The notes beneath the pieces are model-generated. The model worked only from the letters and a program-made list of their open reading frames with translations. It made no database searches and was not told the DNA's origin. Positions 1-12,715 of a stretch of 64,000 bases of DNA are shown piece by piece. Source of the stretch: Paraspadella gotoi (lineage: Eukaryota > Animalia > Chaetognatha); the NCBI GenBank assembly GCA_051294375.1, contig CM119267.1, positions 4,111,260 through 4,175,259 on the forward strand. Direction: 5' to 3'. Positions within the stretch are counted from its first letter, which is position 1. Each line of letters opens with the position of its first letter. The position numbers were made by a program, and so were the translations under genes.

Positions 1-310
1 CTGACGAAATTGAATCATTATCGTTGTTTATTGTACTAACAACACATTCAAATGATATTTGAAGGATTTTTTGCACTTTCACCATCGGCATAGATGACGC
101 TTTGATACGCTGTGATACGATTGTTTTTTCATGGACTGTGATATAATTGATGAATTCTATTTTCAAAGGGTGCAAATTTTTACTTGTTGGTTTTTGCGGA
201 TAACCTCTTGACGATTTTTTTACCTTGGTCCGTTATTGATAATTTGGTATGCTAATTAATTTTCACTCGGAATACTTTTTTTTTATTAATGCAGTTCTTT
301 CAAAAAAAAA

Positions 311-1072
311 ATGGAATTCCCTTCGACGAAACGAATGAAGAAGCGAAAAGAACTCGACGCTCTCGTCTCCTCCAAAAAATCTTCCAAAGTCTCCCTTCCC
401 GATCGCCTCCCTTCGACTCGGACTCGAAGCGATCGTCGCCTTCTCCTCCGTTCCCAAGACTCCGAATCCGACGAGGCCGTTTCTTTTCGTCCCTCACCCG
501 TCGAGACCGAGGTGGACTCCTGGGCCCGAAAGGATCGAGGCTGCTGCGGCGAATCCGTTCCGTCCGTCCAGCGGCACCACCGCGTCTGCGGAAGAGTCTG
601 CCTCGTAGCCGCCGTCACTCTCTGCGCGATTAGCGTGGCCGGCCTCGGGTGGATGCAGTTGGGTCTGCGGCGCGAGATGAGGGCGATGGGCGCTCAATCG
701 AGAACGTTGCATTCGGAGAGGATATCCTCTCGCCTTTCCCGACTTGAGACCGAGGACCGCGAACTGGAAACCAGAGTGGGCGAAATTGCAAAGGATCGAC
801 TTCCCTCGGTGACGGCGGAACTGAAGTCGATGCTTCGTCGACTCGATAAACTCAACTCGACCGTCGAAGACTTGGGCGAATCGATCCGACGGGTGACGAA
901 CTCTTCCTCCGTCGTGGGCGAAACGCGACGTCGGACTTTTGCCGAGACGTTGGACTCCCTCAAAGATTTCAAGCCTTGGCTTGTCAAAACTCTTTCCGCA
1001 ACCGAGAATACGCGCAGCAACGTCGGAGCTGGTTCTTCGGCAAACGAATCGGGCGCCAAAAACGTCGAATAA
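311..1072 (+). CDS. EFCAB14-like type II membrane coiled-coil protein (no EF-hand seen)
   Basis: The N-terminal MKKRKELDAL...LLRSQDSESDE resembles the EFCAB14 N-terminus (MKKRKELNAL...DSDSE). It is followed by a hydrophobic TM segment (VCLVAAVTLCAISVAGLGWM) and a coiled coil. Single ORF of 253 aa. Confidence 0.6.
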   Translation: MEFPSTKRMKKRKELDALVSSKKSSKVSLPDRLPSTRTRSDRRLLLRSQDSESDEAVSFRPSPVETEVDSWARKDRGCCGESVPSVQRHHRVCGRVCLVAAVTLCAISVAGLGWMQLGLRREMRAMGAQSRTLHSERISSRLSRLETEDRELETRVGEIAKDRLPSVTAELKSMLRRLDKLNSTVEDLGESIRRVTNSSSVVGETRRRTFAETLDSLKDFKPWLVKTLSATENTRSNVGAGSSANESGAKNVE

Positions 1073-1297
1073 TGACGACCACTCAAGACTTATGAATAGC
1101 TTTCTTTTTTATCGGCGTAGCGATAATCCTTTTTATTAATTATCGGCGAAGTTACATCCTTTGTGTAATTGCTGTTGTTCCTTTCACACGTTTTTTTTTC
1201 TTTTGTTAAGTTATAAAGTAATGTACGCTAAAAGGGGCGCAATTGTGTGAATAATTGTGCAAAAGACAAAATCATATATCATCTCGATCTCATCAAG

Positions 1298-3963
1298 ATG
1301 TCACTTCGCGCCGCGAATCCGTGGCTTCTGCAGCGGATCATTGGCCGACGGTGCGGCGCATATCGTCTCAAATCCACCGAGACGAAACATTTCACCAAAA
1401 TATTGATCGCGAATCGAGGAGAAATCGCCTGCAGAGTCATGAGGTCAACTTCGCGCTTATTCGATCTTCGATTTTTTGGTCCCTGATTTTAAACCTCTTA
1501 CCTTAATTCTTATCGAATCAGAACCGCGAAAAAAATGGGCATTCGATCGGTCGCTGTCTACTCGGAAGCGGACGCGGGTTCGGTTCACGTTAATCTGGCG
1601 GATGAAGCATACGCCATCGGTCCAGCCACCTCGCAACTCTCGTACCTTAACTACGAGAAAATTCTCGAGGTGGCTCGAAAATCTGGAGCGGAGGCGGTGC
1701 ACCCGGGTGAGCGTGGACTCCACCAAAGCATGTTCTTTTGATGGTTGCGCAGTTTCTAATATTGCGAGGGAAAGGTGGTTGGGTTGTTCAAATCAAAAGG
1801 TGGTTGGGTTGTTCAAATCGCGATTTTGACTGACCCTTAGGCTACGGATTTTTGTCGGAGAACACGGAATTCGCGGAGGCGTGCGCGGCTCAGGGAGTGA
1901 CTTTTGTGGGTCCACCATCTTCTGCCATTCGTGATATGGGCATCAAAAGCACGTCAAAGGAAATAATGTTGGCGGCAGGAGTCCCTTGCATTCCGGTGCC
2001 TTGAACGAGTCTGATGTCGTCAGTTGAGTTGAAAATTGTTGATAAACCCGCGACTTGTATAACTTTAATCTCCAGGGATATCACGGGAAAGATCAGAGCA
2101 ACGAAACTCTGCTTCGAGAGGCGCGTTGCATAGGATTTCCCGTCATGATCAAAGCTGTTCGTGGTGGGGGCGGAAAAGGCATGAGGATCGCCAATACCGA
2201 AGCAGACTTTATCGACGCCCTGGAGTCCGCCAGGTGAGTTTAGAATTGAGATCGACCTCGCTCAATACAGAAACCAAGTCAAGAGTAGAGAATTTATCGC
2301 TTTTCTCTCTCCCTCTCAGAAACGAAGCGCGCAAGTCCTTTGCTGACGACGTAATGTTGTTGGAAAAGTTCGTCCGTCGCCCGCGCCACGTCGAGGTGCA
2401 GGTGTTCGGCGATACGCACGGCAACTACGTATACCTTTTTGAACGAGACTGCAGCGTTCAGCGCCGCCACCAGAAGATCATCGAGGAGGCTCCGGCGCCG
2501 GGAATAGCCTCGGAAACCCGGGCGTCGCTCGGAGAGGCCGCGGTTCGAGCGGCACGCGCCGTCAATTACGTGGGCGCCGGAACGGTGGAGTTCGTCATGG
2601 ACTCGGAGGAGAAATTTTTCTTCATGGAGATGAACACCAGGCTTCAGGTGCGATAAAGTTATGGAGAGTAATATGCTCTTTGATTGATCACCTATGATCC
2701 ACGACTCTAGGTAGAGCACCCCGTTTCGGAAATGATAACCGGGACCGATTTAGTTGAGTGGCAGTTAAGAGTGGCCGCTGGAGAGAAGCTGCCGATGACC
2801 CAAGAAGATTTGGATCAACCTAAAGGACACAGTTTCGAAGCCAGGATCTACGCCGAGGATCCCGCCAGCAACTTTATGCCCGGCGCGGGCGAGCTGCGCC
2901 ACTTGGCGACCCCTATTCCTACTCCGGAAGTCAGGGTGGAAACGGGAGTCGTTGAGGGGGATAACGTGTCCGTCTACTATGATCCCATGATCGCGAAATT
3001 AGGCGAGTGCGCTCATAGACTCGGGGAATAAGACTGATTGATTGATTTTTACAATTTTAAGTTATCATTTTAGTGGTATGGGCGGAGACGCGACCGATGG
3101 CGCTTCAAAAACTCGTCACTTCTCTCTCCGAGTACAATATCGGCGGATTAAAAACGAACGTTCAGTTTCTCATGGACCTGGCCCGCCACCCTGCCTTCCA
3201 AGCGGGAGACGTTCACACCGATTTCATTCCACAACACTTCGAGACGCTGTTCCCTCAACGGCGTGCCTCCCAGGAGCTGCTCTGTCACGCGGCGCTCTTT
3301 GCGTGTCTCGGCGACGAATTGACGGCTTTGGAAGCGACGCACTCGGATCCCTTCTCTCCTTTTTCTCATTGCGGCGCGGGTCGAATCAACCACGAATGGA
3401 AAAGCGTCGTTCAATTAGGTCATGGCGACGCAACCATCGCGATTAATGTGACCAGGAACGGCGTTGGCTCGTATACCATGCATCTTCCTGACGAGGTCCC
3501 CCTCGAAGCGGAAGGACGCCTCGAAACTAATGACGGCGTCACCGTTATCACCGCCAGTATCGACGGTGTCACGTCCTCTGTCCGCGCGTTTCACGACGCC
3601 GCCTCAAATACGCTCCAAATTTTCCACGCGGACGGCGTCTCCGATTTTTCTCTCTCGGCTCCCAAGTTCGTTTCGTCTCCGCTCCTCGGCGGAGCGGAAG
3701 GCGCAGAGGGCGGCGGTCCAGTGGCGCCCATGCCGGGGGTCGTGGACAAAGTCTCCGTCGTCGTCGGTCAGAAGGTGGAATCGGGAGACCCCTTGGTTAC
3801 CATGATAGCGATGAAGATGGAATACGTGATAAAAGCCCCGGTCGCTGGAGTCGTCAAGGCCGTCAACTTTGACGCCGGCCAAACTGTAAAGAAAGGGGCG
3901 ACTTTGGTCGTCCTCGAAGAAGAGGCCGCCGCCGATTCCGCACGGACAGCTTCAACTAATTGA
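1298..3963 (+). CDS. MCCC1: Methylcrotonoyl-CoA carboxylase alpha subunit (biotin carboxylase plus biotinyl domain), 7 exons
   Basis: Motifs [68 protein letters not shown] and the biotin site AMKME, plus a mitochondrial-type leader. Introns are GT-AG except one GC-AG (3003-3073). Confidence 0.9.
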
Positions 3964-4109
3964 TAAAATAAAACTATTTTTTGTTTTGTTTCTTTTTCTG
4001 GTACGATGCGGCGCGTTCGTATTTACATGCGCATGTACTTGTCATTAATCGTGATATTTTATGTTTGCTCTCCTCGCTATTTTTGAAGCATTCAGTCCAA
4101 TATTCGAAA

Positions 4110-7100
4110 ATGAGTCAGAAGCTTCTGACTCCGGAGGCCAATCGGGACAAGAAACAAATAGAGATCGATGCTTCCACCAAGGAGAAATCTTGCTCGTTCG
4201 TTAAGCGGATGATTGCACTCTCTATTTCGAACGTTCTCTATTTGAGAGGTTGGAATAGACTGATCAAAGCTGGTTTTGGTATTGATGTTTGAATCATTTA
4301 GTTTGTTGGATCGTTCGCAGGCATTTTCAACGACGAGGCGTATTGCGATAAGTACATCGAAGATTTCAACGTTAAAATTATAAGAAAAACTAAGGACAAG
4401 AACGTTCAGCTTCTCATAAATTGGTTGGAAGGTGGGCGCGATTGATAGAAATTCGTTGTGATGGATTCCGACATTTTTTGTACCGGGTTTTCCAGGTTGC
4501 TTTGAGGCGGTGGAGAACAAGTATCTTCGGCAACTGATTCTTTGTATTGGCAATGCCCAAAGACCGCGCAACGAAGTGCTCGAGACATACTCGTTAGTTT
4601 TACTAAAACAAATCTCATTTATCAACGGGAAAGTTTAAGTAGTTTAACGAGATTGTCCTGTAAAAAACCCCCAGATTCACTATAAAGTACGACCAAGGAA
4701 GACTAGGGTCTTTTTCCATAGCTAGAAACGGACAATCGGTGAATAATTTCTCTAACCCCGGTGAGTTCCCCTCTAAAATTCCAATACTTGCTTTTTAATG
4801 ATTAATGAATAGGCTAATGACTGCAGTTTTCCTATTTGTAGCGAACCTAAAGGAGCAAGCTTACGACTGTATTTCTAACTTAATTCAAGTCGTTCAATCC
4901 TTGGATTCGCCTCCAGGTAGATCGGAATTACGAGACTCATTCCTAATATTTTGTTGTTGCCAGTAAATTGAGCCCAAGTGTTTAATATTAAAGGAAGAAT
5001 AGGCTACATATGGGTAATGAATCTCACCGGTTGGTATTAGGGGGTTCGGACCAGCAGTTTTTAACAGAGCCGCCTCTCTTTGCCAACGCAGCGGGAAAGC
5101 GTTATGACTGTGGAATAGACCTTGCCATATATGAAAAGTTTTGAAATCAAAAAACCGAGTATTGTGTAAAAGGTGCCCATACATCATATGAATTTTTTGA
5201 ACATTTTTTTTCAAAAAAAATTTTACAGTAAATGCTGCCAACTTTGAAAAAAATGAAAAAAAATGGTAAAAAATGGACTTTTTGCTAAATATCTTTAAAA
5301 GCTTTATTGCTAGAGGGACGAAACCCAAACTATCTTGTAGAGTGGAAAAAATTGACTATGTTACATACCAGCATTATAAATTAAGTTAGTTTTTTACTAA
5401 GGAAAATTTTTTTTTAAACCTATTGTTTTGGTCAATTTTTGATAAATTTTTTAAAAAATGATATTTTTAACAATGTTCGTGAATTATTTTGTAAAAAAAA
5501 TTATGGCGAATTGAATAAAGAAATAATTGCCTTTGTTTTGCTGAAAGAATTTTTAAAAAAGGATTATCGGTTAAAAAGTTATAATTTTTTTAAATTTAAA
5601 AAAAAAATCACTTTTCTTAATAATTATTTTTATTTAATAGGTTTGAACTAGGCTAAGGGAAAAAGGGAATGCACTTTTTTCAGAGTAAATAAAAAATAGT
5701 AAACTTCTGATTTGACAATGGGTAACTTTAATATTTTGTCTCACCAGGTCATTAAAGTTTTTTTTTAATTTTTATCATTTTATAATGGAATTATGACTTT
5801 TAAATAAGGTAGTTTTTTTAATTTTTTTTATATAAAAAGAAAAGAAAAATTGACAAAAGCGATTAAATGATTAAAAATTGAAAAATGAGACAAAAAAAGC
5901 AAACTGAGAGAAGAGTTGCTTGCTGCTTACCGATCGAGAAAAAAAAAGTCATCATCTAGAGTGCCAAAGAAAAAAAACTAGTTATTCTATTTCTTTCATA
6001 AATTACCTTTGTCAAGCTTGTTCTCCAGAATTGAGTTGAATTATAATTTGTGTTAAATATTTTGCTTAATCAAAAGTTGTAAAAGACTTGGAAAAATATA
6101 TTAAGCTTGCTTGATAAATTTAAGAATAGATCCGACTTGTTGATAAATTCATCAACTATAAAAGATATGAAATGAATAAAAATCAAAGATGAATTAAAAT
6201 TTATATTTTAAAACTAAATCGACTATTTACAATAGACTTAATTATTAACTATAAATCATGAATAGATAACAAAAAATAGAATAATTAGTTTTCTTCTTTT
6301 GGCATTAAACCTTTTTTTCTCGACCGGCAAGCAGCAAGCACTCTTTTCTCAGTTATTAAACTTTCATTAATTTTACTCTTTTTGTCTCATTTTATCAATT
6401 TTTAATCATTTAATCGCTTTTGTCAATTTTTCTTTTTCTTTTATATAAAAAAAATTAAAAAAACTACCTTATTTAAAAGTCATAATTTCATTATAAAATG
6501 ATAAAATTAAAAAAAACTTTAATGACCTGGTGAGACAAAATATTAAAGTTACCCATTGTCAAATCAGAATTTACTATTTGTTTTATTTACTCTGAAAAAA
6601 GTGCATTCCCTTTTTCCCTTTAGCTTAGTTCAAACCTATTAAATAAAAATAATTATTAAGAAAAGTGATTTTTTTTTAATTTAAAAAATATAACTCTTTA
6701 ACCGATAATCCTTTTTTAAAAATTCTTTCAGCAAAACAAAGGCAATTATTTCTTTATTCAATTCGCCATAATTTTTTTTACAAAAATTTCACGAACATTG
6801 TTAAAAATATCATTTTTTAAAATTTTGCAATTGACCAAAACAATAGGTTTTAAAAAAAATTTTCCTTAGTAAAAAACTAACTTAATTTATAATGCGAGGT
6901 ATGTAACATAGTCAATTTTTTCCACCTCTACAAGATAGTTTGGGTTTCGTCCCTCTAGCAATAAAGCTTTTAAAGATATTTAGCAAAAAGTCCATTTTTT
7001 ACCATTTTTTTTCATTTTTTTCAAAGTTGGCAGCATTTACTGTAAATTTTTTTTTTGAAAAAAAATGTTCAAAAAATTCATATGATGTATGGGCACCTTT

Positions 7101-7878
7101 TACACAATACTCGTTTTTTGATTTCAAAACTTTTCATAATTCCTGTTTAGATGAAGTTTCTTTGGACATGGAACTGAGTTACTACGATCGGACCCCCGCG
7201 GATTACGAGCCTAGAGGATTTCGTCCCACATCGAAATCGATTATTTCCCTTCCCAACAAAGTTGAAATCGGAAAAATTCGCACGAATTTCCACAAGTAAG
7301 TCCAGAAACTTAGGAAAGGGCCATTGAGAAAGTTTTTAATATCGAGGTTATATTTGTTTTGAATACAAAGCATCAATATCAAATTGCGAACGTTCAATTC
7401 CTCGTCCGGGTCCTCAACGAACGCCGTGGTCGCCGCGGAAAATCTGGCGCCAACACGGCGCCCTTTGCAGACTCTTGAGCCACCGGACAAATTGCTTACG
7501 CCGGAAGATTCTCGGCGTCAGAATTCGGAATCTACGGCGATCGCTTTGCCGTCTTTCCAGTCTATGCCAAAGTTGTCCGACCTTTCAAATGTCAAGGATA
7601 AAGTGAGGACCGTGCTTGGGACTCGACGCTTACAAGTGGAGCTGGGCGTCACGAAAGCGAAGGAAGCGATAGTCGAGCAGGATGAAGGAGAGCGCGAGAG
7701 TAATGAAGAAGAGCGCGATGGTACAGGGGAGGATGCTCGTGTGGGTGCGGACGCGAATGTCGAAATTGAGTCGAAAGAGACGGAAAACGTTGTTTACGGA
7801 GTCGCGGAGCGGACGAGGTCAAGAAAAAGAAAATCCAAGTCGTCCTCGACTCCCGTCAAAAAGCTGAAAAAAAAATAG
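4110..7878 (+). CDS. Meiotic HORMA-domain protein (HORMAD/Hop1-like), multi-exon, with a 2.2-kb intron holding a foldback element
   Basis: Spliced reading gives ALSISNVLYLRGIF, WLEGCFEAVENKYLRQL, EVLETY and LSYYDRTPADYEPRGF, which are HORMA-domain hallmarks. It has a basic C-terminal tail. Large intron at 4917-7150. Confidence 0.85.
5132..7136. mobile_element. Foldback/large non-autonomous DNA transposon with about 860-bp inverted arms
   Basis: 5130 TATGAAAAGTTTTGAAATCAAAAAACCGAG... is the reverse complement of ...CTCGTTTTTTGATTTCAAAACTTTTCATA 7138. The arms match inward to about 5995 and 6270. TA lies at both ends (5130-31, 7137-38). No transposase seen. Confidence 0.9.
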
Positions 7879-8052
7879 TCTTGATCATTTTCATTTGAAT
7901 CAATTATTTTGTTTCCTCACATGATCAGCCGTTTCGAGTTGGCATGAAACCTATAAATTGGTCTTTTGTTTAATTATGAAATTTATTACGTTTTTTTGAC
8001 GTACACTTTGTACAAGTATATTTATTGAGATTCATCTTTTTCGTATATTGAC

Positions 8053-8292
8053 ATGGAATCGCTGACGGGAAAAACTGTGGAGAGTCTTCCCGGCATTAGT
8101 TCTCAGGCCGCCGCTGCCCTCTCAGCAGCGGGTCACGACGACGCCGAGTCGGTCGTCGGCGTTTTTCTCGCGCTTCGCAAAGACCCGGTCCGCTTCGCCG
8201 ATTGGCTCAGAGGGGTGGCACCAATGACCGATGCGGATCTCTCCCAATGTGTCGATGCCGTTCGGACTTTCGTCGCAGCAAGAGTTGGATGA
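8053..8292 (+). CDS. Barrier-to-autointegration factor (BAF/BANF)-like protein, divergent
   Basis: 79 aa: KTVESLPGIS...LSAAGHDDAESVVGVFLALRKDPVRFADWL matches the BAF pattern KxVxxLxGIG...L...GFD.AYVVLGQFLVLKKD...F.EWL. Confidence 0.75.
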   Translation: MESLTGKTVESLPGISSQAAAALSAAGHDDAESVVGVFLALRKDPVRFADWLRGVAPMTDADLSQCVDAVRTFVAARVG

Positions 8293-8492
8293 CTTTTTTT
8301 TTTGGCTTTTTATTTCTTTGTGATTTACTTTCAGAAGTAGTTTTCGGATTGGCGGTGATATAAAGTGAGGGAGAAATATTTTCACCTTAGAATACTCCAG
8401 TCACTCTAACATCGCCATTTCGGCTAAGCATGAATAAACTGAAGTGCATTCACGACTATTGATTTTTCGAAACTAAACCAAAACCGCCAACA

Positions 8493-9371
8493 ATGTCTTT
8501 GGGTCAGGTGCAGCAGACCAAACGCGTTTCCAAATGGTACATGGGCGGAGTCGCTTCCATGGGCGCCGCCTGTTGCACGCATCCGCTGGACCTCCTCAAA
8601 GTGCATCTGCAGACGCAGCAGGAGAAGAAAATGGGTCTGGTCCAAATGGCGAGTCGAGTGGTTCGCGGCGAAGGAGTGCTGGCGCTATACAATGGTCTTT
8701 CGGCGTCGTTGTTGCGGCAAGCTACGTACTCCATGACTCGCTTCGCCATGTACGAAGCCGTTAAGAATAAGCTGACCCCGCCCGGCGGCAACATGCCCTT
8801 CTATCAGAAGGTTTTGGTTGCCGGTTTTTCCGGATTTTGCGGCGGCGTCGTCGGCACTCCCGGCGACCTCATTAACGTGCGTATGCAGAACGACGTGAAA
8901 ATAGCCAAGGAACTTCGTCGAAACTACAAGCACGCCCTAGACGGCCTCTGGCGAGTCTACCGGGAGGAGGGACTCCGAGCGCTATTTTCCGGCTGCGGCA
9001 TGGCCTCCTCCCGCGCGGTCATCATTACCGTCGGCCAGTTAGCTCTTTACGATCAGTTCAAGCAGACTTTGCTGCAAACTCCCTATTTCATTGACGGGGA
9101 ACTTACTCACTTTTGCGCCTCATTCGCCGCCGGAACTTGCGCCACGCTGATTTCCCAACCGGTGGACGTTTTTAAGACTCGACTCATGAACGCCAAACCG
9201 GGCGAGTTTAATTCTTTTCTCGCCCTCCTTCGCTACACTGGCCAAACCGGGTTGCTGGGATTCTTCAAAGGATTCACTCCCGCATGGATTCGACTCGGAC
9301 CTCAGACCATCATTACCTTCATGCTGTTCGAGCAGCTCAAGATGAGATTCGGCACCGTCGTTCCCGCTTAG
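8493..9371 (+). CDS. SLC25A10: Mitochondrial dicarboxylate carrier
   Basis: 292-aa intronless ORF with WYMGGVAS...THPLDLLKVHLQTQQ and three carrier repeats (PLDLLK, PGDLINVRMQND, PVDVFKTR). Confidence 0.9.
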   Translation: MSLGQVQQTKRVSKWYMGGVASMGAACCTHPLDLLKVHLQTQQEKKMGLVQMASRVVRGEGVLALYNGLSASLLRQATYSMTRFAMYEAVKNKLTPPGGNMPFYQKVLVAGFSGFCGGVVGTPGDLINVRMQNDVKIAKELRRNYKHALDGLWRVYREEGLRALFSGCGMASSRAVIITVGQLALYDQFKQTLLQTPYFIDGELTHFCASFAAGTCATLISQPVDVFKTRLMNAKPGEFNSFLALLRYTGQTGLLGFFKGFTPAWIRLGPQTIITFMLFEQLKMRFGTVVPA

Positions 9372-9925
9372 GCAATAGGCATGTTCGTAATCTGTTAGTC
9401 GTCGGAGACTTAAGTACTGTGAAATAAATTGTAATACAAAATTTTTAAAACTTCAAAAGCTATGCTGTATAAATTCGGCTTAATTCCACATTGTCAGAAC
9501 ATTCAAAAATATCGAATTAGCTTTATGTTTAAACCTCAGAATCCAGTATTTTCAAGCTTTCACGTTTGTCTTCCGTAAGCCTAAGGGAAAAAATTTCTAG
9601 TCTAAATCCAAATTTTTTCACCCTTTACCGTACCATGTTCCGTGCTTTAAGTTTTTTAACTTTGTTTTATATTGTAATTTTGGATGTTATTTTCATCGGA
9701 AACTCCCGTCCTAACCAGTTTGTACATTTCTTTTGAAATTATTAGTTTCAATTAAATTCGCCTATAATTTTTGTGAATTTATACATTCCTTTTTATTTAA
9801 ACGTTAGAAGATTTAATTCGTCTCGTTCGGGTAAAAAAAATTGTTTTTTTTTATTTCTACTTTCAAGGTTGTTCCCTCGAGTTTGAACGAAAAAAAAGAG
9901 TAAAGCGATGAATCAAAATTGAGTC

Positions 9926-12474
9926 ATGAACTCCGGTACCGATCCCGACGCCTTGGACACTGAGGACGGCTTCCTAGCCGCCGAATCAATATCGATCCCT
10001 ACAGAAGACTCCTCTCACGCACCCGATGGAAGCTCCGATTCTAGTCACCCATCAACGATCATTCATCCCTCTGTCGAATCGGCCGCCGCAGCAGCCGCCG
10101 GCGTCTTGGGCGACATTCTCGATCGCGTCGCTTACGACGCCGCTTCGACGAACGAGACGCCGGAGGAGAAGTTGGCCTCTATCGGCGACGACTTTATCGT
10201 CATCCGAAAAGCTCACAAGCGCAGTTTGTTGACGCCCGATTCGAGTGCGGAGCATCAACCCAAAAGATCCCTAGGATTGTTCTTATACTCGTCTTCGTCG
10301 TCTTCGTCTTCTTCATCTTCGACCTCTTACGCCTCATTCAGCGACGACGGCGGCGACAATCCAAAATCAGTGGCGGAAGCTTTGAAATGCAAAGAATCGA
10401 TCCCCCAGACGAAAGAAGACGACGAAGAGGATTTCATCGGACCTCGCTTGCCCTCCCGATCCCGTAGACCCCCTGTAGTCATTAAGGACGACGAAGAGGA
10501 CGACAGCGACGACGAAGACTCGTTCTTCGGTTCCCGCAGACTCCCGCGTCCTCGCCGAACCCCGGTAGTGATCAAGGATGACGACGACGACGACGACAGC
10601 GACGATGACGCCGACCACGATAACGACGGTTCCCCGACGGCGGTTCGAACCCGAACCGAAGACGAGGAAGCCAAGGAAGAAGAGACGGGAGTTCTTCCTT
10701 CGCCGCCACCCCCGAATTGGCGAGCGACTGTATCGTTGCGTGCGCGCGAGTACGGGGCGAGCGGATTTGGCAAGTCTTGTAGACGCGCTCGGTCGCATGG
10801 GGGTTTCGTGCGCGACGCGTGCGGCTCGAGGTTTTGCGTGGAGAAATTCGATCTCCTTTGCAAGTTGGACAATCACCGAGGATGCGTCAATACCCTAAAC
10901 TTTAACCAGTCCGGTTTGTTCTTTGAATATCTATTCAATATTTTAAATATTAGAATCATCTTCACGATTCCGTCTCCATCATCTCGAAAACATTTACCGT
11001 GTTTAATAATAGTTATTCGGTAGTTTTAGATTAATTTTAATTGGTACAAATCGTTAAATATTGTTTTGTTTTCAGGTTCGAAATTGGCCACGGGTTCCGA
11101 CGACCTCCACGTCATAGTTTGGGACTGGAACCGTGCCTCATCGCGCGGTCCCCCGGAGGCCGTCCGCGCTGGCGCAGCTCGGCACCGCTGGCCTTCTCGT
11201 TCGCGTTCGAACGAAGGCAAGCTCGATGACGCCATTTGCATCAAGTACGACAGTGGGCACCGATCTAACGTCTTTCAAGCCAAGTTCCTGCCTTTCACTA
11301 ACGACGCCGTCATCGTCTCTTGTGCCAGAGACGGACAGGTTCAATCTTGTCACGATTGCTTTTTTTAGCGTCGACATTTCCCTTTTACTTTTCTCTCTAC
11401 ACTCGACAGGTGCGAGTGGCCGACATATCTTCCGACGGCACCTGTCGCGGCACACGCCGTTTGGCCTCTCACCGCCTCTCCGCCCATAAATTGGCCACCA
11501 GCGCCGCCTCCAGTCACTCGTTTCTCAGCTGCGGTGAAGACGCCGTCGTAAAAAACATCGACTTGCGAAGCGATCGACCCACCGACCTTTTGATCACGCG
11601 TCATAACGGCTCAAAAATTCCTCTCTACAGCGTCAACGCTCACCCGCTCGACTCTCATCTTTTCATCACTTCGGGAAAGGACCCTTGGGTGCGTCTTTAT
11701 GATCGGCGCCAGATTCGCTTGAACGACACGGGAGACGCGGCGCCGCTCAAGAGATTCGCGCCGCGAGCCCTCGTGGAGACCTCTTCATCGTCGAGCCACG
11801 CTAAGTGCAACGTCACCTGCGCCGTTTTTAGTCACGACGGCTCGGAGATCCTCGCCACCTACAACGACGAGGACATTTACCTGTTCGATACCGACGCCGA
11901 CGGTAACGATGACGGCGTGGTGGACCGACACGTCCACCGATACTCGGGTCATCGTAACTCCTCCACCGTCAAAGGTGTCAACTTTTACGGTCCCTCCTCC
12001 GAATTCGTCGTTTCCGGTAGCGACTGCGGTCACGTCTTTCTCTGGGACAAGAAATCTGAAACGCTGGTCAATTTTCTCGACGGCGACGAGGGCGGAGTAG
12101 TCAACTGCCTGGAGCCGCACCCCTCGCTTCCGGTGCTCGCCACATCGGGCCTCGACCACGACATCAAAGTATGGTCGCCGACGAAAGAGGGCGGGCCCGA
12201 TTTCTCCGCCCTGCTCAAGACCATAAAGAAAAACGGAAGGGATAGGGCGGACGACTCGAACGGGGAAGGGACGCTGCTCGACAGTCAAATGCTCTGGTTT
12301 CTCATGCAGCATTTGAGGAGGTCGAGGAGGAGGAGGGACGGAGAGGACGAAGACGAAGACGACGACGACGAAGATCTGGGCGGGATGTCGTCGGATGATG
12401 ATGACGATGACGGTGTGGAGGAACCAGAGGCCGATCCTAGAGCGGGGAACGTCATTGACTGCAATCCTTCGTAA
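9926..12474 (+). CDS. DCAF8: DDB1- and CUL4-associated factor 8-like WD40 protein, 3 exons
   Basis: Acidic N-terminus, then [54 protein letters not shown] and VVNCLEPHP...[13 protein letters not shown]. Confidence 0.85.
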
Positions 12475-12715
12475 AATCTATGACAGTTTTTAAACCAAAA
12501 CAAATTTTTCTTTTGCTCATTTACATGTGATACGAGGTTGAATAACTTCGCCGAAATTTGCTTCGTTGGTGGTCTTTTTTTCTTATCATGCGTATACGCT
12601 ATAATCCCCTTTTGTCGATATGAATGATTCGTCCAGCTCACAAAAAAAATTGAGTTATTTAATTAATAATTATTAGGTAATAGATCTCCTTCCGCAATCT
12701 TTTCAAAATTAAACC

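Noticed and set aside
1771-1820. Tandem duplication of AAAGGTGGTTGGGTTGTTCAAATC; similar short duplications near 26063 and 30030
   Set aside because: Ordinary local slippage duplications in non-coding DNA.
4894-7299. Twin ORFs beginning MGFVPLAIKLL on opposite strands
   Set aside because: They are translations of the two arms of the foldback element. Only the 3' end of the + ORF is a real HORMA exon.
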